In this document: in pieces, positions 1 to 9,480 of the stretch | Numbering within the stretch: position 1 is the stretch's first letter | Layout of the letters: every line of letters starts with the position of its first letter | Source: Thermoanaerobaculia bacterium | GTDB lineage: Bacteria > Acidobacteriota > Thermoanaerobaculia > Gp7-AA8 | Assembly (NCBI GenBank): GCA_963719365.1 | Contig: OY970380.1 | Span: forward strand, 1,873,295 to 1,937,294 | DNA length: 64,000 nucleotides | Reading direction: 5' to 3' | Program-made: the position numbers and the translations under genes | Notes under the pieces: generated by a model | Database searches by the model: none | The model's input: only the letters and a program-made list of their open reading frames with translations | What the model was told of the DNA's origin: nothing

Positions 1-2
1 TC

Positions 3-224
3 GGAAAAATAAGAGTGATCGAAGTGATCGCCAAAGGGACGAGCCTTCGTGATCGGCGGCGTCTCGCGCGGCTGTATGGCCGGGGTGAGTGGCGCAAGGT
101 CAAGGGGCAGGCAATCGTTCGCCTATCCGATGGTACGATTTGCGACGCTGAGATTCACTGGTACGAAGCGCATGGCATCGGCAAGAAAGAGCTCAAGTTC
201 AAAAGGCCGTTCGGGAGCCGCTAG
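3..224 (+). CDS. Small basic hypothetical protein (HWYEAHGIG motif), probably 5'-truncated by the window edge; first gene of a putative TA-like pair
   Basis: The frame is open from position 3 (GKIRVIEVIA...) to the stop at 224. The GxWRKxKG and EIHWYEAHGIG motifs match a small uncharacterised family recalled from memory. Confidence 0.7.
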   Translation, partial: GKIRVIEVIAKGTSLRDRRRLARLYGRGEWRKVKGQAIVRLSDGTICDAEIHWYEAHGIGKKELKFKRPFGSR

Positions 225-474
225 GCGTCCAGCAATGCTCGCCAAGCCCACCGCGGCTGACGGGCAATTCGCGATTTGTGTTCGCAACGATGACTATCCA
301 GCCTCCCTCGAGTTGCGCAAGCTCTATCCGGTTTTATCCGACGAGTTTGCCGCGCAGCACGACATGATCCGCGTGATCGACGAGTCGGGAGAGGACTATC
401 TCTTCCCGAGCGATTACTTCGTTCGCGTCCGCTTGCCTGCAACAGTCGAGAAGAAGCTGCGGAAGATCGCGTAA
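172..474 (+). CDS. Small hypothetical protein (YPASLELRKLY / RVIDESGEDYLFP motifs), partner of the upstream gene; alternative start at 235
   Basis: C-terminal part of ORF 49..474, with in-frame ATGs at 172 and 235. The DESGEDYL motif is characteristic. Confidence 0.7.
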   Translation: MASARKSSSSKGRSGAARRPAMLAKPTAADGQFAICVRNDDYPASLELRKLYPVLSDEFAAQHDMIRVIDESGEDYLFPSDYFVRVRLPATVEKKLRKIA

Positions 475-529
475 CTGGGCTGAGCAAGATATTTCTAAGC
501 TAACCGGTTCGAATTCGAACCTCAGTCAG

Positions 530-667
530 AGTGACAGCTCGGAGCTCCCAGTTACCGCCGCCGAGCGGACAATCCTCGAGTCTCGAATGGCAGATCTTGA
601 AGAAAACCCTTCGGCTCAGGAATCGTGGGAAGAAGCCAAGGCTTGGCTGACGTCGCGGCGGCGTTGA
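530..667 (+). pseudogene. 5'-truncated remnant of a putative addiction-module component (TIGR02574-like antitoxin)
   Basis: Manual translation from 542: ELPVTAAERTILESRMADLEENPSAQESWEEAKAWLTSRRR*. No in-frame start codon back to 473. Confidence 0.55.
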
Positions 668-680
668 GCTACCAAGTAAC

Positions 681-2535
681 CTACTTCACTCCACCCCGCA
701 ATTCCTGAACATGCGCAGCTCTCACGATCGTGGCTCCTGGAGTGATCGTCGGATCGGTGAAGGTGATCACGTTGATGCCCAGGGCGGTGAGGGCTTGATT
801 GAGGGCGGTGCGCAACTCCTGAATGTGCACTGCTTTCAGCGCGACACCGGCCAGCGATGCGTCGGTGAATGAAGCCGCACTGAGGCCGGCGGTGGCGCGA
901 AGGGCGCTGACTGCTTGGCGAAGCTCGGTCACGTGGACGGCTTTGGCAGGAGTCGTCGCGACTACCAGCGGGTCGTCGCTGAAGAAGATCGTTGTCGCAG
1001 CGTCGGGCGCGCTGAACGCGGACTGATGCAAAGCGGCATCGATCGCGCGGACTTTGTAAACGTAGCTCGCGCCTGCGATGACCGAGGTGTCGGAGTAGTT
1101 CGTGGAGGAAGTCACGATCAGAGTCGTGTAGCCGCTCGATGACGACTTGCGCACGACCTCGTACTGCGACGCGCCGGACGAGGCGCTCCATGAAATATTG
1201 ATTAGCGTCGTCGTTGCAGCCGTTGCAGTGAGTCCGGTTGGCGTCGAAGGAAACACGGCGACTGTCACGCCTTTCGAGCCATTGATCGTCGCATCGGCGA
1301 TGTCGATCGCCGTGACGATCTGGCTGCCCGTCGTTCGCATCGTGACGCCGCCTGTGAACGTGTGCACGCCGGCGTCGCTGCCAGTGAATGTGTAGTTCAG
1401 CGGCAACGTTGCCGCGCCATCCGTCGATGTGAAATGAATCGTTCCCGTGTATCCGGTGGCGACGTTGTAGCTCGCGTCGTAGGCCGTGACCGTTGCATCG
1501 TTGGCGATGCCCGTCCCCACCGATGACGGCATCGCGATCACGAAGGAGACCGGTGGGCGCCCAGCCGAGTTGGACGACCTCGAAGTCGCTCGCCTTCAAC
1601 GCGCCGAACGCTGGATTGAGGACGTCGTTGTCCCAGCGGACGTCGTAGGTTCCGCTGATGAACATGTTCGTGCCGTTGTCGGCGACGATGAGCCCGTACT
1701 TCTTGAACGCGCGAAAAATCTTCTGCACGCTGGCCGGAAACGAGGAGATGTCCTTGCCCGCCTTGAGCCGCAGACGCGCGCCCATCGGCAGCGCGCCAGA
1801 CGTCGAACCAGCGTCATGCGACGCGGGGAACACATACCCATTTGTCGGCAGCACGGTGACGCGGAAGGCATGGCGGATCTCGTCGGGGCCGAACACTTCG
1901 TCGTACCGCACGAGGCCCGGCAGAATCGCCAGGCCGGCGGCGTCGGCCGAGGTCCAGGTGTCGGGGCGGCGGTTGTTCGTGTTCATGTCGAAAAACGCGC
2001 CCGACGCCGCCTCCCAATTCGTGCCGTCGAACCAGACGTTGTAAAGCTCGTACAGCGTGTTGTTCGTTTGATCGACGATGAGCAAGTGACGGTCACCGTC
2101 CGCGCGCTGATCGACGTTCCCGGGCTGCCCGCCCTCCACCCACCCGTTCATTGTGATGGCCTCGTCCGGAATCGGATAGAACGGAAACGGCTGGCCAGTG
2201 ACGTGATTGACGCCATCACTCTGATCGCCGAAGTCGGTGAACGTCACCGTCTTCTTCGCCTGCGAGCCATCGACGATGATAAACGGAAAGCCATAGACAT
2301 CGCCTCCGCCGGCATCACCGCCGAAATCGGGATGAAGTCCGCGGGCGGCGCCACCGATGAACGTGATGAAGTTCGCCGAGTTAGTGTCGAGCGGCGCGTT
2401 GCTGACGTCGGTGTTCCACCAGTTGTTGGCCGGAAACAGCGGCAACGGAACCGGAATCGCGCCGCCCTCGGTTGCGGCAAACGACAAGCTCGCGACGATC
2501 GAGAGGATGACGGCAAGCAGGATCCACCGGGGCAC
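681..2535 (-). pseudogene. Secreted protein (signal peptide, N-terminal FPxDNxWN-type domain, Ig/FN3-like domains, C-terminal triple KAxHxxELR repeat), split by one frameshift near 1556-1558
   Basis: ORF 616..2535 is protein-like up to ...VVQLGWAP and ORF 681..1541 continues as PVSFVIAMP.... Removing one C from GCGCCCACCG (minus strand) joins them. May be an assembly error. Confidence 0.75.
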
Positions 2536-2599
2536 CGCGTCATTCTGTTCGCCTGGATGTGCGGCAGGTTGTGAGGCTTCTCACAACGAAGACCGTCTC

Positions 2600-2629
2600 A
2601 ATCTGCGTTCATCTGCTACATCTGCGGAT
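2600..2629. repeat. ATCTGC-unit tandem repeat (family A), single arm
   Basis: aatctgcgttc-atctgctac-atctgcggat. Confidence 0.7.
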
Positions 2630-2634
2630 TCGCC

Positions 2635-2832
2635 TCAGGCCTTAACGTTCGGATTCAGACAGACGACCGGCTCCGCAGCATCCAACGTCTTCAAGTGCGC
2701 CAGCAATCTTGCGCGAACCTCAGACGGCGCACCCGAGGAGTCGAGGTCGAGGAGCTCGCAAGCGCGACGGAGTTGGTCCGCGCTCGTGGCTTGGCTCTCA
2801 GCGAAACGGAGTGCGTCTTCTAGAAGTGGCAT
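2635..2832 (-). CDS. Small hypothetical protein with a SAP-like helix-loop-helix
   Basis: 65 aa; the LRRACELLDLDSSG..EVRARLLAH pattern resembles a SAP domain. Confidence 0.5.
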   Translation of the reverse strand: MPLLEDALRFAESQATSADQLRRACELLDLDSSGAPSEVRARLLAHLKTLDAAEPVVCLNPNVKA

Positions 2833-2840
2833 AGCAGGTC

Positions 2841-2913
2841 ATCCGCAGATGTCGCAGATGTTCGCAGATTAACGATCGCCTTTGATCTGCGTTTATCTGC
2901 GTCATCTGCGGAT
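2841..2913. repeat. Inverted tandem repeat hairpin (family A: GCAGAT x3 / ATCTGC x3)
   Basis: atccgcagatgtcgcagatgttcgcagatt...atctgcgtttatctgcgtcatctgcggat. Confidence 0.85.
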
Positions 2914-2924
2914 CGTCTCGCAAA

Positions 2925-3641
2925 TCAGAATGCATCTGCAAGCCTGCGCCCAATGGCAGCGTAGCCCAGCGCTCCCGGATGGAAATGATCGATCGGACTG
3001 ATGCGCTCGTCGCGCACGAGAAGATCGGCGATCCGAACAACCGTGACGCCTGGCGTGGAGGCGAACTCCTGAATCAACCCGCTATCCCACAGGTTCACCT
3101 GCGTATCGATCCACGACGCGACGCTGGTACGCCGATACGGGTTGTAAAGCCCGAGGAGATAAATCCGGGCCGAGGGATTCATTTGTTGGATCACAGTGAC
3201 GGCACGCTCAACCCTCATGAGCGTCCGCTCGCGCTGATACCACGGCCAGACGCCGCTGAGCAGGCGCGCCCACGAATCGCCATAAAGGTCGTTCCCGCCT
3301 ACAGACAGGACGATGACGTCCGACTGCCCGACCGCCGCGCGCACGGCCGGTTCGTGCAGTGCTCGTACGACATTGGCGATTCGGGCACCGTCGATCCCGA
3401 AATTCAGCGTCGCGCCAACGACTGAGGATTTCGCTCGCAGCTCACGGTCCAACCAGCCCGGCAAACCGAGTTGCTGCTCGTCGCCGGCTCCGTGAGCAAC
3501 CGAGTCGCCCAAAACGATTACCCGAAGGGCGCCGTTACTCGAGTGCACCGGCCTCGCAATCTTTTCCCGATTAGTGCTTACGACAACGGCGGTCGCGATG
3601 CCGGCGCACAGGAGGAGGAGCACGATGAGTGGTCGCCGCAT
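2925..3641 (-). CDS. GDSL/SGNH-family lipase/esterase with N-terminal signal or anchor
   Basis: Motifs GDSVAHG, GGND and DHFHP. Confidence 0.85.
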   Translation of the reverse strand: MRRPLIVLLLLCAGIATAVVVSTNREKIARPVHSSNGALRVIVLGDSVAHGAGDEQQLGLPGWLDRELRAKSSVVGATLNFGIDGARIANVVRALHEPAVRAAVGQSDVIVLSVGGNDLYGDSWARLLSGVWPWYQRERTLMRVERAVTVIQQMNPSARIYLLGLYNPYRRTSVASWIDTQVNLWDSGLIQEFASTPGVTVVRIADLLVRDERISPIDHFHPGALGYAAIGRRLADAF

Positions 3642-3854
3642 GCATACAAGTACGCGATGAGGGAGGCATTGTTTGCGACGATAGAGAGTAAGAACCCGGG
3701 TGTGTGCGACTGGTACGCGAGCTATGGCACCTCGGTCGATGCGGCTCTGACGAACAAGACCGCGGCATCATCGGCGTCATACCTTTGATCATCGCAAGGG
3801 GGAGTCGATGACCAAAGGCCCGGCCCCAAGGGGAGCGGACGTCATTCGAAAGAT

Positions 3855-5900
3855 TCAAGGTTTGGCCGCTGCGAACACCATTTTCGCGGACTGATAACCA
3901 GCCGTTACTGCGATGGTCGCCCGCGCGGGTGGTGGTGAGCCGGATGTGACCGCGCTCAATTCCTGCCGGTCGAGGGGCCAGATCTCGTAGCGGCCGGCCG
4001 GAAGATGCGTCAGCAAGAGCCGGCCTTGGTCATCGCTGAACATGGGCAGGCCCTGGTATTGGACCATTCCTTCCCAGACAGGAATCGGCAGCAGGACTCC
4101 GTTGATGCGGATCAGCACCGCGACGCCAGTCAACGCGGCGCCTGATGTCGTCTCGCAATCGATTTCGAGAGAGGCGTTACCCTCGGGGACCCGGACGAGG
4201 ATGTCGTCTGCCCCTTTCGCGAGCGAATCGAATCGAGCGAATCCGATGGAGCCTGATCTTGGGAGAGCGAAAACCATACCGTAGTCTTCGGGGCTGACTG
4301 GCAATAGGAAGCGGCCGTCCTCGTCAGTAGCTCCTACAAGCTGAGTTCCGTTCCGAGTGCTTACGTATACGGCTGCCGAAACTGGCGCGCCGAACACGTT
4401 CGTCACAACGACCGGCCGGTTTCCGGTCGCCTTGAGCTGCACTTGGGGAGTCTGGTCGGTTGCCGTCTCGTCGACGGTGATCCATGATGTCCGCCAGGAT
4501 TGATATCCACTCTTCGAGACAGCGAGCATATAGCTGCCGGTCGGAAAGGCGCCCAGCTCGAAACGTCCGTCCTCCCCGCTCCGCAGCGTGACGCTTGTTG
4601 ATTGATCGTCGTTTTTCATCGTGACTTCGATGCGAGCATCGCGGATGGGCTGTTTACCGGAGTCGTCCATGACGTGCCCAAGAAGCCGTCGGTTCGGAAC
4701 GGAGATGGACCACCGGTTCTTATCGCCTTCGATACGCTCTGTCTCCCGCCAGAATGGAATGAGTGGCCGCTGCGTAACGGTCGCGTCATAGGTCCCCGGT
4801 TGCCAGACCTCTTCCGTCACGCTCCCCTCGCTGTCCGTCGTCACGGAGGAACTCCACGAGCGATCCTCGGGTTGAATGCGGACGGTGGCTCCGGCGAGTG
4901 GCTTGTCGTCGTAGCGAACGGTCACATCGAGCACCGACGGAGAGATCTGCATGACTGCCTCTGCCTCGCCCCCTTCGGTTAACGTCACGAGTTTGCCGAT
5001 TCGCTGAAGTGGATCCGCACCTGCGACGATCACACGGTATTTGCCTGGCTCGAGCGCCTCGACAAAAGCCTCCTTTTGTCCTCCCGGGAGCCGTCCGCTG
5101 TGCGTGAGCTCGTCGCCAGGAGGCCCCGGCAACAAACGTCTTACTTCCCAAACGACCTCCTCCTGGCCAAGTGCCGGAACGAGGCTGATCGTCAGCGATC
5201 CACCTTTGGACAGACGTATGGAAAGCTCAGTATCCGCAACGGCCTTGGGCAGGAGAACGGTGCGCCTTGCATAACCGGTCATGGCCACGCGAACAAACTG
5301 CGGCCACAAGCCGGCGACAGGCGCGCGAAAGCTACCTTTCCGGTCGGTCACCGCAAGTGAGGCGCCGCTGGGCAGATACACGCGGGCATCTCGGAGCGGA
5401 ATTGCGGTTTTCGCGTCGATGACCGTCCCCGACAGGATGGGTATTTTCTGAAGGAATACATTGCCAACCTCTACATCACGCAGTTGCCGTTCGACACCTC
5501 GGTATCCGTTGCTGTTGAGCAGCAGAGTACAGCCGCTGCCAGGATGGCGGAGATCCACGCCCGGCACCGGTATGCGCGTGAGAGACCACTTCCAGGTCAA
5601 ATCCTGGCATCGAAGCTCAAAATCGAGGGTCGCTCGTGTCGAGCCATCCGACAGCCGCGGGGCCAGCTTATGGTGCTGCGAGGCAGCGGGAAGAGTGAGT
5701 ACGTTGGCGCCGGCCTGGATCGTTCCGGTTGCGATCTGCTTGAGGTCAGAGGAGATCCACACGAAATCCCGGACAGTGTCCGAAGGGGCGACGGTGCCCG
5801 GGATCTCGTTGACAGGCTGGCAACGCTGCTGAAGGCAGAACGTGGAAGGCGCTGCTGCAACAGTCTGCACCGCCAAAAACGCGGCGATCAGGATCGTCAC
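3855..5900 (-). CDS. Secreted protein with multiple carboxypeptidase-regulatory-like beta-sandwich domains
   Basis: GTG at 5900 overlaps the upstream stop (GTGA) and gives the signal peptide MTILIAAFLAVQTVAA. Repeated G.V.D...P...A.V / TDxxGxF / GxY modules. Confidence 0.75.
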   Translation of the reverse strand: MTILIAAFLAVQTVAAAPSTFCLQQRCQPVNEIPGTVAPSDTVRDFVWISSDLKQIATGTIQAGANVLTLPAASQHHKLAPRLSDGSTRATLDFELRCQDLTWKWSLTRIPVPGVDLRHPGSGCTLLLNSNGYRGVERQLRDVEVGNVFLQKIPILSGTVIDAKTAIPLRDARVYLPSGASLAVTDRKGSFRAPVAGLWPQFVRVAMTGYARRTVLLPKAVADTELSIRLSKGGSLTISLVPALGQEEVVWEVRRLLPGPPGDELTHSGRLPGGQKEAFVEALEPGKYRVIVAGADPLQRIGKLVTLTEGGEAEAVMQISPSVLDVTVRYDDKPLAGATVRIQPEDRSWSSSVTTDSEGSVTEEVWQPGTYDATVTQRPLIPFWRETERIEGDKNRWSISVPNRRLLGHVMDDSGKQPIRDARIEVTMKNDDQSTSVTLRSGEDGRFELGAFPTGSYMLAVSKSGYQSWRTSWITVDETATDQTPQVQLKATGNRPVVVTNVFGAPVSAAVYVSTRNGTQLVGATDEDGRFLLPVSPEDYGMVFALPRSGSIGFARFDSLAKGADDILVRVPEGNASLEIDCETTSGAALTGVAVLIRINGVLLPIPVWEGMVQYQGLPMFSDDQGRLLLTHLPAGRYEIWPLDRQELSAVTSGSPPPARATIAVTAGYQSAKMVFAAAKP

Positions 5901-6268
5901 AAGCTGGACCGTCCGTCCGGCCCGCGCTTCAGGGTCACGGACACCAGCTTCCACTCGCCGGAACGGTAGGGCAGGTGAGGTCCACGCCAATCTTCAACTA
6001 ATTGGGGAACGCAGCCGGATTTCGACGAGGCGGCGCAAGTATCCGCACCCAAATAACCGTTGCATAGCCCCTGCGTGTTGCAAAAGGTCCAATTTACGCC
6101 AACGTCAAACGTAGAGCACAAGATCCACGCGTCGTAAAGAGTGGAATGACAGGTCGTACAGGCCGGATAAAAGGGATCGGGACCGCACGTCTGGCACTGG
6201 GCTTGGGAGTCCGTTGCCGTGAAGACAAGAAGGAGGAGAACGGCAATACCGAGGAGCATTCCTTTCAT
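5897..6268 (-). CDS. Small secreted cysteine-rich protein (9 Cys) with a C-terminal EWKLVSVTL segment
   Basis: GGAGG Shine-Dalgarno upstream; signal peptide ending SQA; CxxC...CxxC...C pattern. Confidence 0.7.
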   Translation of the reverse strand: MKGMLLGIAVLLLLVFTATDSQAQCQTCGPDPFYPACTTCHSTLYDAWILCSTFDVGVNWTFCNTQGLCNGYLGADTCAASSKSGCVPQLVEDWRGPHLPYRSGEWKLVSVTLKRGPDGRSSL

Positions 6269-6407
6269 ACGCTAAAACCTCCAGACAGATCCTACGTCCA
6301 TACTGCTAGCGGCGTCTACGGACACTTTTGTAACGGTGTACGACAGAGCTTGTTCCGACGGAGCTGCATTCGTCGAGCTCCCATCGGCACGTTTACAATC
6401 CCCACCC

Positions 6408-7550
6408 ATGCCCGCCCTGATCATCGCCATCGCTCTCGCGACCTTCCTCCTCGCGAACGTCGCCGCGTATCGCGTGCTCGTGCGCGCGCATCCGCGCAGG
6501 CGGAGGATCGTCATCGCGTTGGTTGTTGCCGGGAATGCGATGTGGCTCTTCTTTCCGTGGCTGAATGCGCGGACGGATTTTTCGCGGGTCGTGCGGGCGA
6601 CGCTGGGGCCGCCGTGGTTTGCGTGGACTTGCGTTGCGATTTTGTATTCGGCGTTCGTGCTGCTCGTGGCAATCGGATGGATCGTGGCAGGACGGCGGGT
6701 GGCGTTTGCGCGGTTTGCTCGGTGGCCGTCGCGGGTTTTTCTTTGGACGACGTTGCTTGCGGTGGTGATTGGCGTCTGGAATGCGCTCGTGCCATTGCGG
6801 ATCGAGCGGGTGGCAGTGACGGTCGCGGGATTGCCGCGGGAGATGGAGGGATTTCGCGTCGCGTTGCTGTCGGATCTGCATACGGGGCTTTACACACGGT
6901 CTTCGCGGCTGGAGACGATCTTCAAGACGGCGGCGGCACAAAGGCCGGATGTCATTCTGCTTGCGGGCGACAACGTTGATGACGATCCGGTGTTCACGAC
7001 GAAGTTGTTGAATGCCACGCACGTGCTCGATGCGCGGATGCCGCTCATTGCGGTACTCGGCAATCATGAGATGTACGGCGATCCGTTTGATGTCATCCGG
7101 CGATTGCGCGGCAGCAGGATTCAGCTCCTCGTCAATGAAGGAACGTCCACAAGAAACGTCTGGATTGCGGGGATCTCGGACTTTGCGGCGCGGACACCGC
7201 GGCTGGCGCCGGATGTCGATGCGGCGTTACGAGGTAAGCCTGCGAGCGCGTTTCCGATCCTCCTGGCGCATCAGCCGAAGGCGTTCCCCGAGGCGATTAA
7301 ACGGGGATTGCCGCTAACGCTTTGCGGACATTCGCACGGAGGACAGTTTGCGTTTCGGCCGCTGCACTGGTCATTGGCGGGCGTGTTTCTTCCCTATCAC
7401 ATGGGTTTGTATCAGCGCGGCACGTCGCAGCTCTATGTAAATACCGGCACTGGATACTGGTTATTGCCGTGGCGGTTTGGGATTGGGATCTCGCCGGAGA
7501 TTACGGTCATTGAGCTGCGGTCCGCAGATTTACGCAGATCACACAGATAA
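6408..7550 (+). CDS. Membrane-anchored metallophosphoesterase (YkuE/YaeI-like)
   Basis: N-terminal TM helices; motifs SDLH, GD, GNHE, LAHQP and GHSHGGQ. Start placed at ATG 6408, after TACAAT. Confidence 0.9.
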   Translation: MPALIIAIALATFLLANVAAYRVLVRAHPRRRRIVIALVVAGNAMWLFFPWLNARTDFSRVVRATLGPPWFAWTCVAILYSAFVLLVAIGWIVAGRRVAFARFARWPSRVFLWTTLLAVVIGVWNALVPLRIERVAVTVAGLPREMEGFRVALLSDLHTGLYTRSSRLETIFKTAAAQRPDVILLAGDNVDDDPVFTTKLLNATHVLDARMPLIAVLGNHEMYGDPFDVIRRLRGSRIQLLVNEGTSTRNVWIAGISDFAARTPRLAPDVDAALRGKPASAFPILLAHQPKAFPEAIKRGLPLTLCGHSHGGQFAFRPLHWSLAGVFLPYHMGLYQRGTSQLYVNTGTGYWLLPWRFGIGISPEITVIELRSADLRRSHR

Positions 7551-7590
7551 AAACCCAAATCAATCTGCGTCAATCTGCGACATCTGCGGA
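7521..7590. repeat. Inverted tandem repeat hairpin (family A) overlapping the 3' ends of two convergent genes
   Basis: tccgcagatttacgcagatcacacagat...atctgcgtcaatctgcgacatctgcgga. Confidence 0.85.
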
Positions 7591-9306
7591 TAAAGCTGTT
7601 GACTCAAACCGCCGCTCGGCGTCGGCTTTCAGCGACGCTTCCACTTCTTCGTCGCCAATGGACGGCTCGTCTTGCGGATGGGCGAGGTAATAGCCTTGGA
7701 GTAAGTCGATGCCGAGGTCGCGGCACCATTCGTATTCTTCGACGGTTTCCAGGCCCTCGGCCAGCGTCTTTGCGCCGATCTTGCCCGCCAGATCGACCAG
7801 CATCTTTACGAGATCCTGTTTGATCGGCTCGTCGGCCAGTGTCGAGACCAGACCTTTGGTGATTTTTAAATAGTCGGGGGCGAGTGCGGCGATCGCTTCG
7901 AGTGAGGCGTAGCCGGAGCCGGCGTCGTCGATCGCCACTTCGATGCCTTTCTCGCGGAACTCATCGAGCAATCTGCGGAAGACAGCGTAGTCCTCGATCG
8001 CCGCGCGCTCGGTCAACTCGAACACGAAATTGCCTCGGTGCTCGGAGAAGAACGAGACCATTTCGTGGATGCGGAACTCCGACTCCTCGAACATCTCCGC
8101 TTCGAGATTGAGCAGAAACTTCTTGCCGTCGAGCTCGAACGAGCGCAGGCGCTTCAATGCCGCTTCGAGCGCAACCGTCTCGAGCGCCCAGGCCAGCTTG
8201 GCCTCGCGCGCGAAGCCGAAGAGGACGTCGGAATTGCGGAACGATGAATTCGGCAAGCCGCGGGTCAGCACCTCGTAGCCGAAGACCGTCGACTTCTGCG
8301 CCCAGACGATCGGCTGGAAAAGCGTCGTCACCTTCTTGCGGCGGATGATGTCGCGCAACTCGCGCGTCAGTTGCTTCTTGCGCTGCTGCTCGGCGTCGCG
8401 CACGGCATCGCCGGCGGTCTGCATCCCCTGATAGACCTGCCGCTCCAGCCGGATCTGAGGCCGGTAATCGATTCGGGCCGCGCCAACGAAGAATCCGATC
8501 TGCCCCTGTTGCATGTTCGGAAAGCGCTCGCGCATCGCCGCGATCAACTTCTCGCGCACGTCGTTGGCCATGAGGTCGAAGGCCGTTTCCTGGCGCAGGT
8601 CGGTGCCGCGCGACTCGAAGAAAATGTAGAAGCTCGATCCGCCAACGAGGTTCGCGGCCACGATTGCTTTCGGGAAACGCGTTCGCGCCTCGGCAGCCAC
8701 AGCCTCGCCCGCGCAACGCAGAAACTCATCGAAGAAGGCCCAGCCGTACTCCGCCTCGATCGACTCGAACTGCTCAATGTCGACGTAGACGATACCGATC
8801 TCCCCCTGCTCGATGAGCATCTCTTTCAGCCGCCCCAGCACCATCGGCATCGTCGGCAGGCCGCTGGCTTTGTCGAAGAGCATGCTCTCGGAGGACCTGG
8901 CCAAATCGCCGCCCGATTGCGTGCCGCGATGTTTGCGTTGCAGGAGCGCGGCGATTCGTTTGACGACCTCGTCGCGATTGAATGGCTTGACGAGATAGTC
9001 GTCCGCGCCAAGTTGCAATCCCGTCAGCCGGTCCTTCACATCTCCTCGCCCTGTCACGAGCACGACGGCGATGTGCGACGTTCGCTGCACCGCCTTGAGC
9101 GCCTGACAGACTTCCCAGCCGCTTCGTTTCGGCATCATCACGTCGAGCAGCACGAGGTCAGGCAGGCGCGACTGTGCGATGGCCAGCGCCGCCTCGCCGT
9201 CGCGCGCTGTGAGCACTTCGCAATCGAGCGGCCGGACATACAACGTCAGCAGGCGCTGCACGTCTTCGTCATCATCGGCGATCAGAATCACGGGCCGCTC
9301 GGGCAT
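7570..9306 (-). CDS. Response regulator: REC + degenerate GGDEF + EAL (probable c-di-GMP phosphodiesterase)
   Basis: REC motifs (ADDD, DVMMP, KPF); GGSSF in place of GGDEF; GYEVLTR, ELTE, IDDAGSGY, AEGLE and QGY. Confidence 0.88.
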   Translation of the reverse strand: MPERPVILIADDDEDVQRLLTLYVRPLDCEVLTARDGEAALAIAQSRLPDLVLLDVMMPKRSGWEVCQALKAVQRTSHIAVVLVTGRGDVKDRLTGLQLGADDYLVKPFNRDEVVKRIAALLQRKHRGTQSGGDLARSSESMLFDKASGLPTMPMVLGRLKEMLIEQGEIGIVYVDIEQFESIEAEYGWAFFDEFLRCAGEAVAAEARTRFPKAIVAANLVGGSSFYIFFESRGTDLRQETAFDLMANDVREKLIAAMRERFPNMQQGQIGFFVGAARIDYRPQIRLERQVYQGMQTAGDAVRDAEQQRKKQLTRELRDIIRRKKVTTLFQPIVWAQKSTVFGYEVLTRGLPNSSFRNSDVLFGFAREAKLAWALETVALEAALKRLRSFELDGKKFLLNLEAEMFEESEFRIHEMVSFFSEHRGNFVFELTERAAIEDYAVFRRLLDEFREKGIEVAIDDAGSGYASLEAIAALAPDYLKITKGLVSTLADEPIKQDLVKMLVDLAGKIGAKTLAEGLETVEEYEWCRDLGIDLLQGYYLAHPQDEPSIGDEEVEASLKADAERRFESTALSADVAD

Positions 9307-9344
9307 GGCTTGCGCATCTTATTGCTGGAACCGGGCCAGTGGGT

Positions 9345-9384
9345 TGAAGAGTGAAGGGTGAAGAGTGAAGTTAGAAGTTCGAAG
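9345..9384. repeat. GAAGAGT/GAAGGGT heptamer tandem repeat (family B), left arm
   Basis: tgaagagtgaagggtgaagagtgaagttagaagttcgaag. Confidence 0.8.
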
Positions 9385-9480
9385 CGCCTGCATGGTCTCT
9401 CGTCGCTCCTGACAATCAACTGATGAGGAATTCACATTCGCTGCATGGAGCGACGCCCGAGGCGAGACGAGACTCGTGCC

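Noticed and set aside
506-521. GGTTCGAATTCGAACC resembling a tRNA T-arm or att site
   Set aside because: It is a short palindrome only; no cloverleaf, acceptor stem or CCA could be built around it.
616-1555. Arg/His-rich C-terminal half of the 639-aa ORF
   Set aside because: Out-of-frame read-through after the frameshift; the real coding frame is 681..1541.
3645-3855. Short ORFs between the GDSL gene and the beta-sandwich gene
   Set aside because: No convincing start signals or recognisable motifs in any frame.
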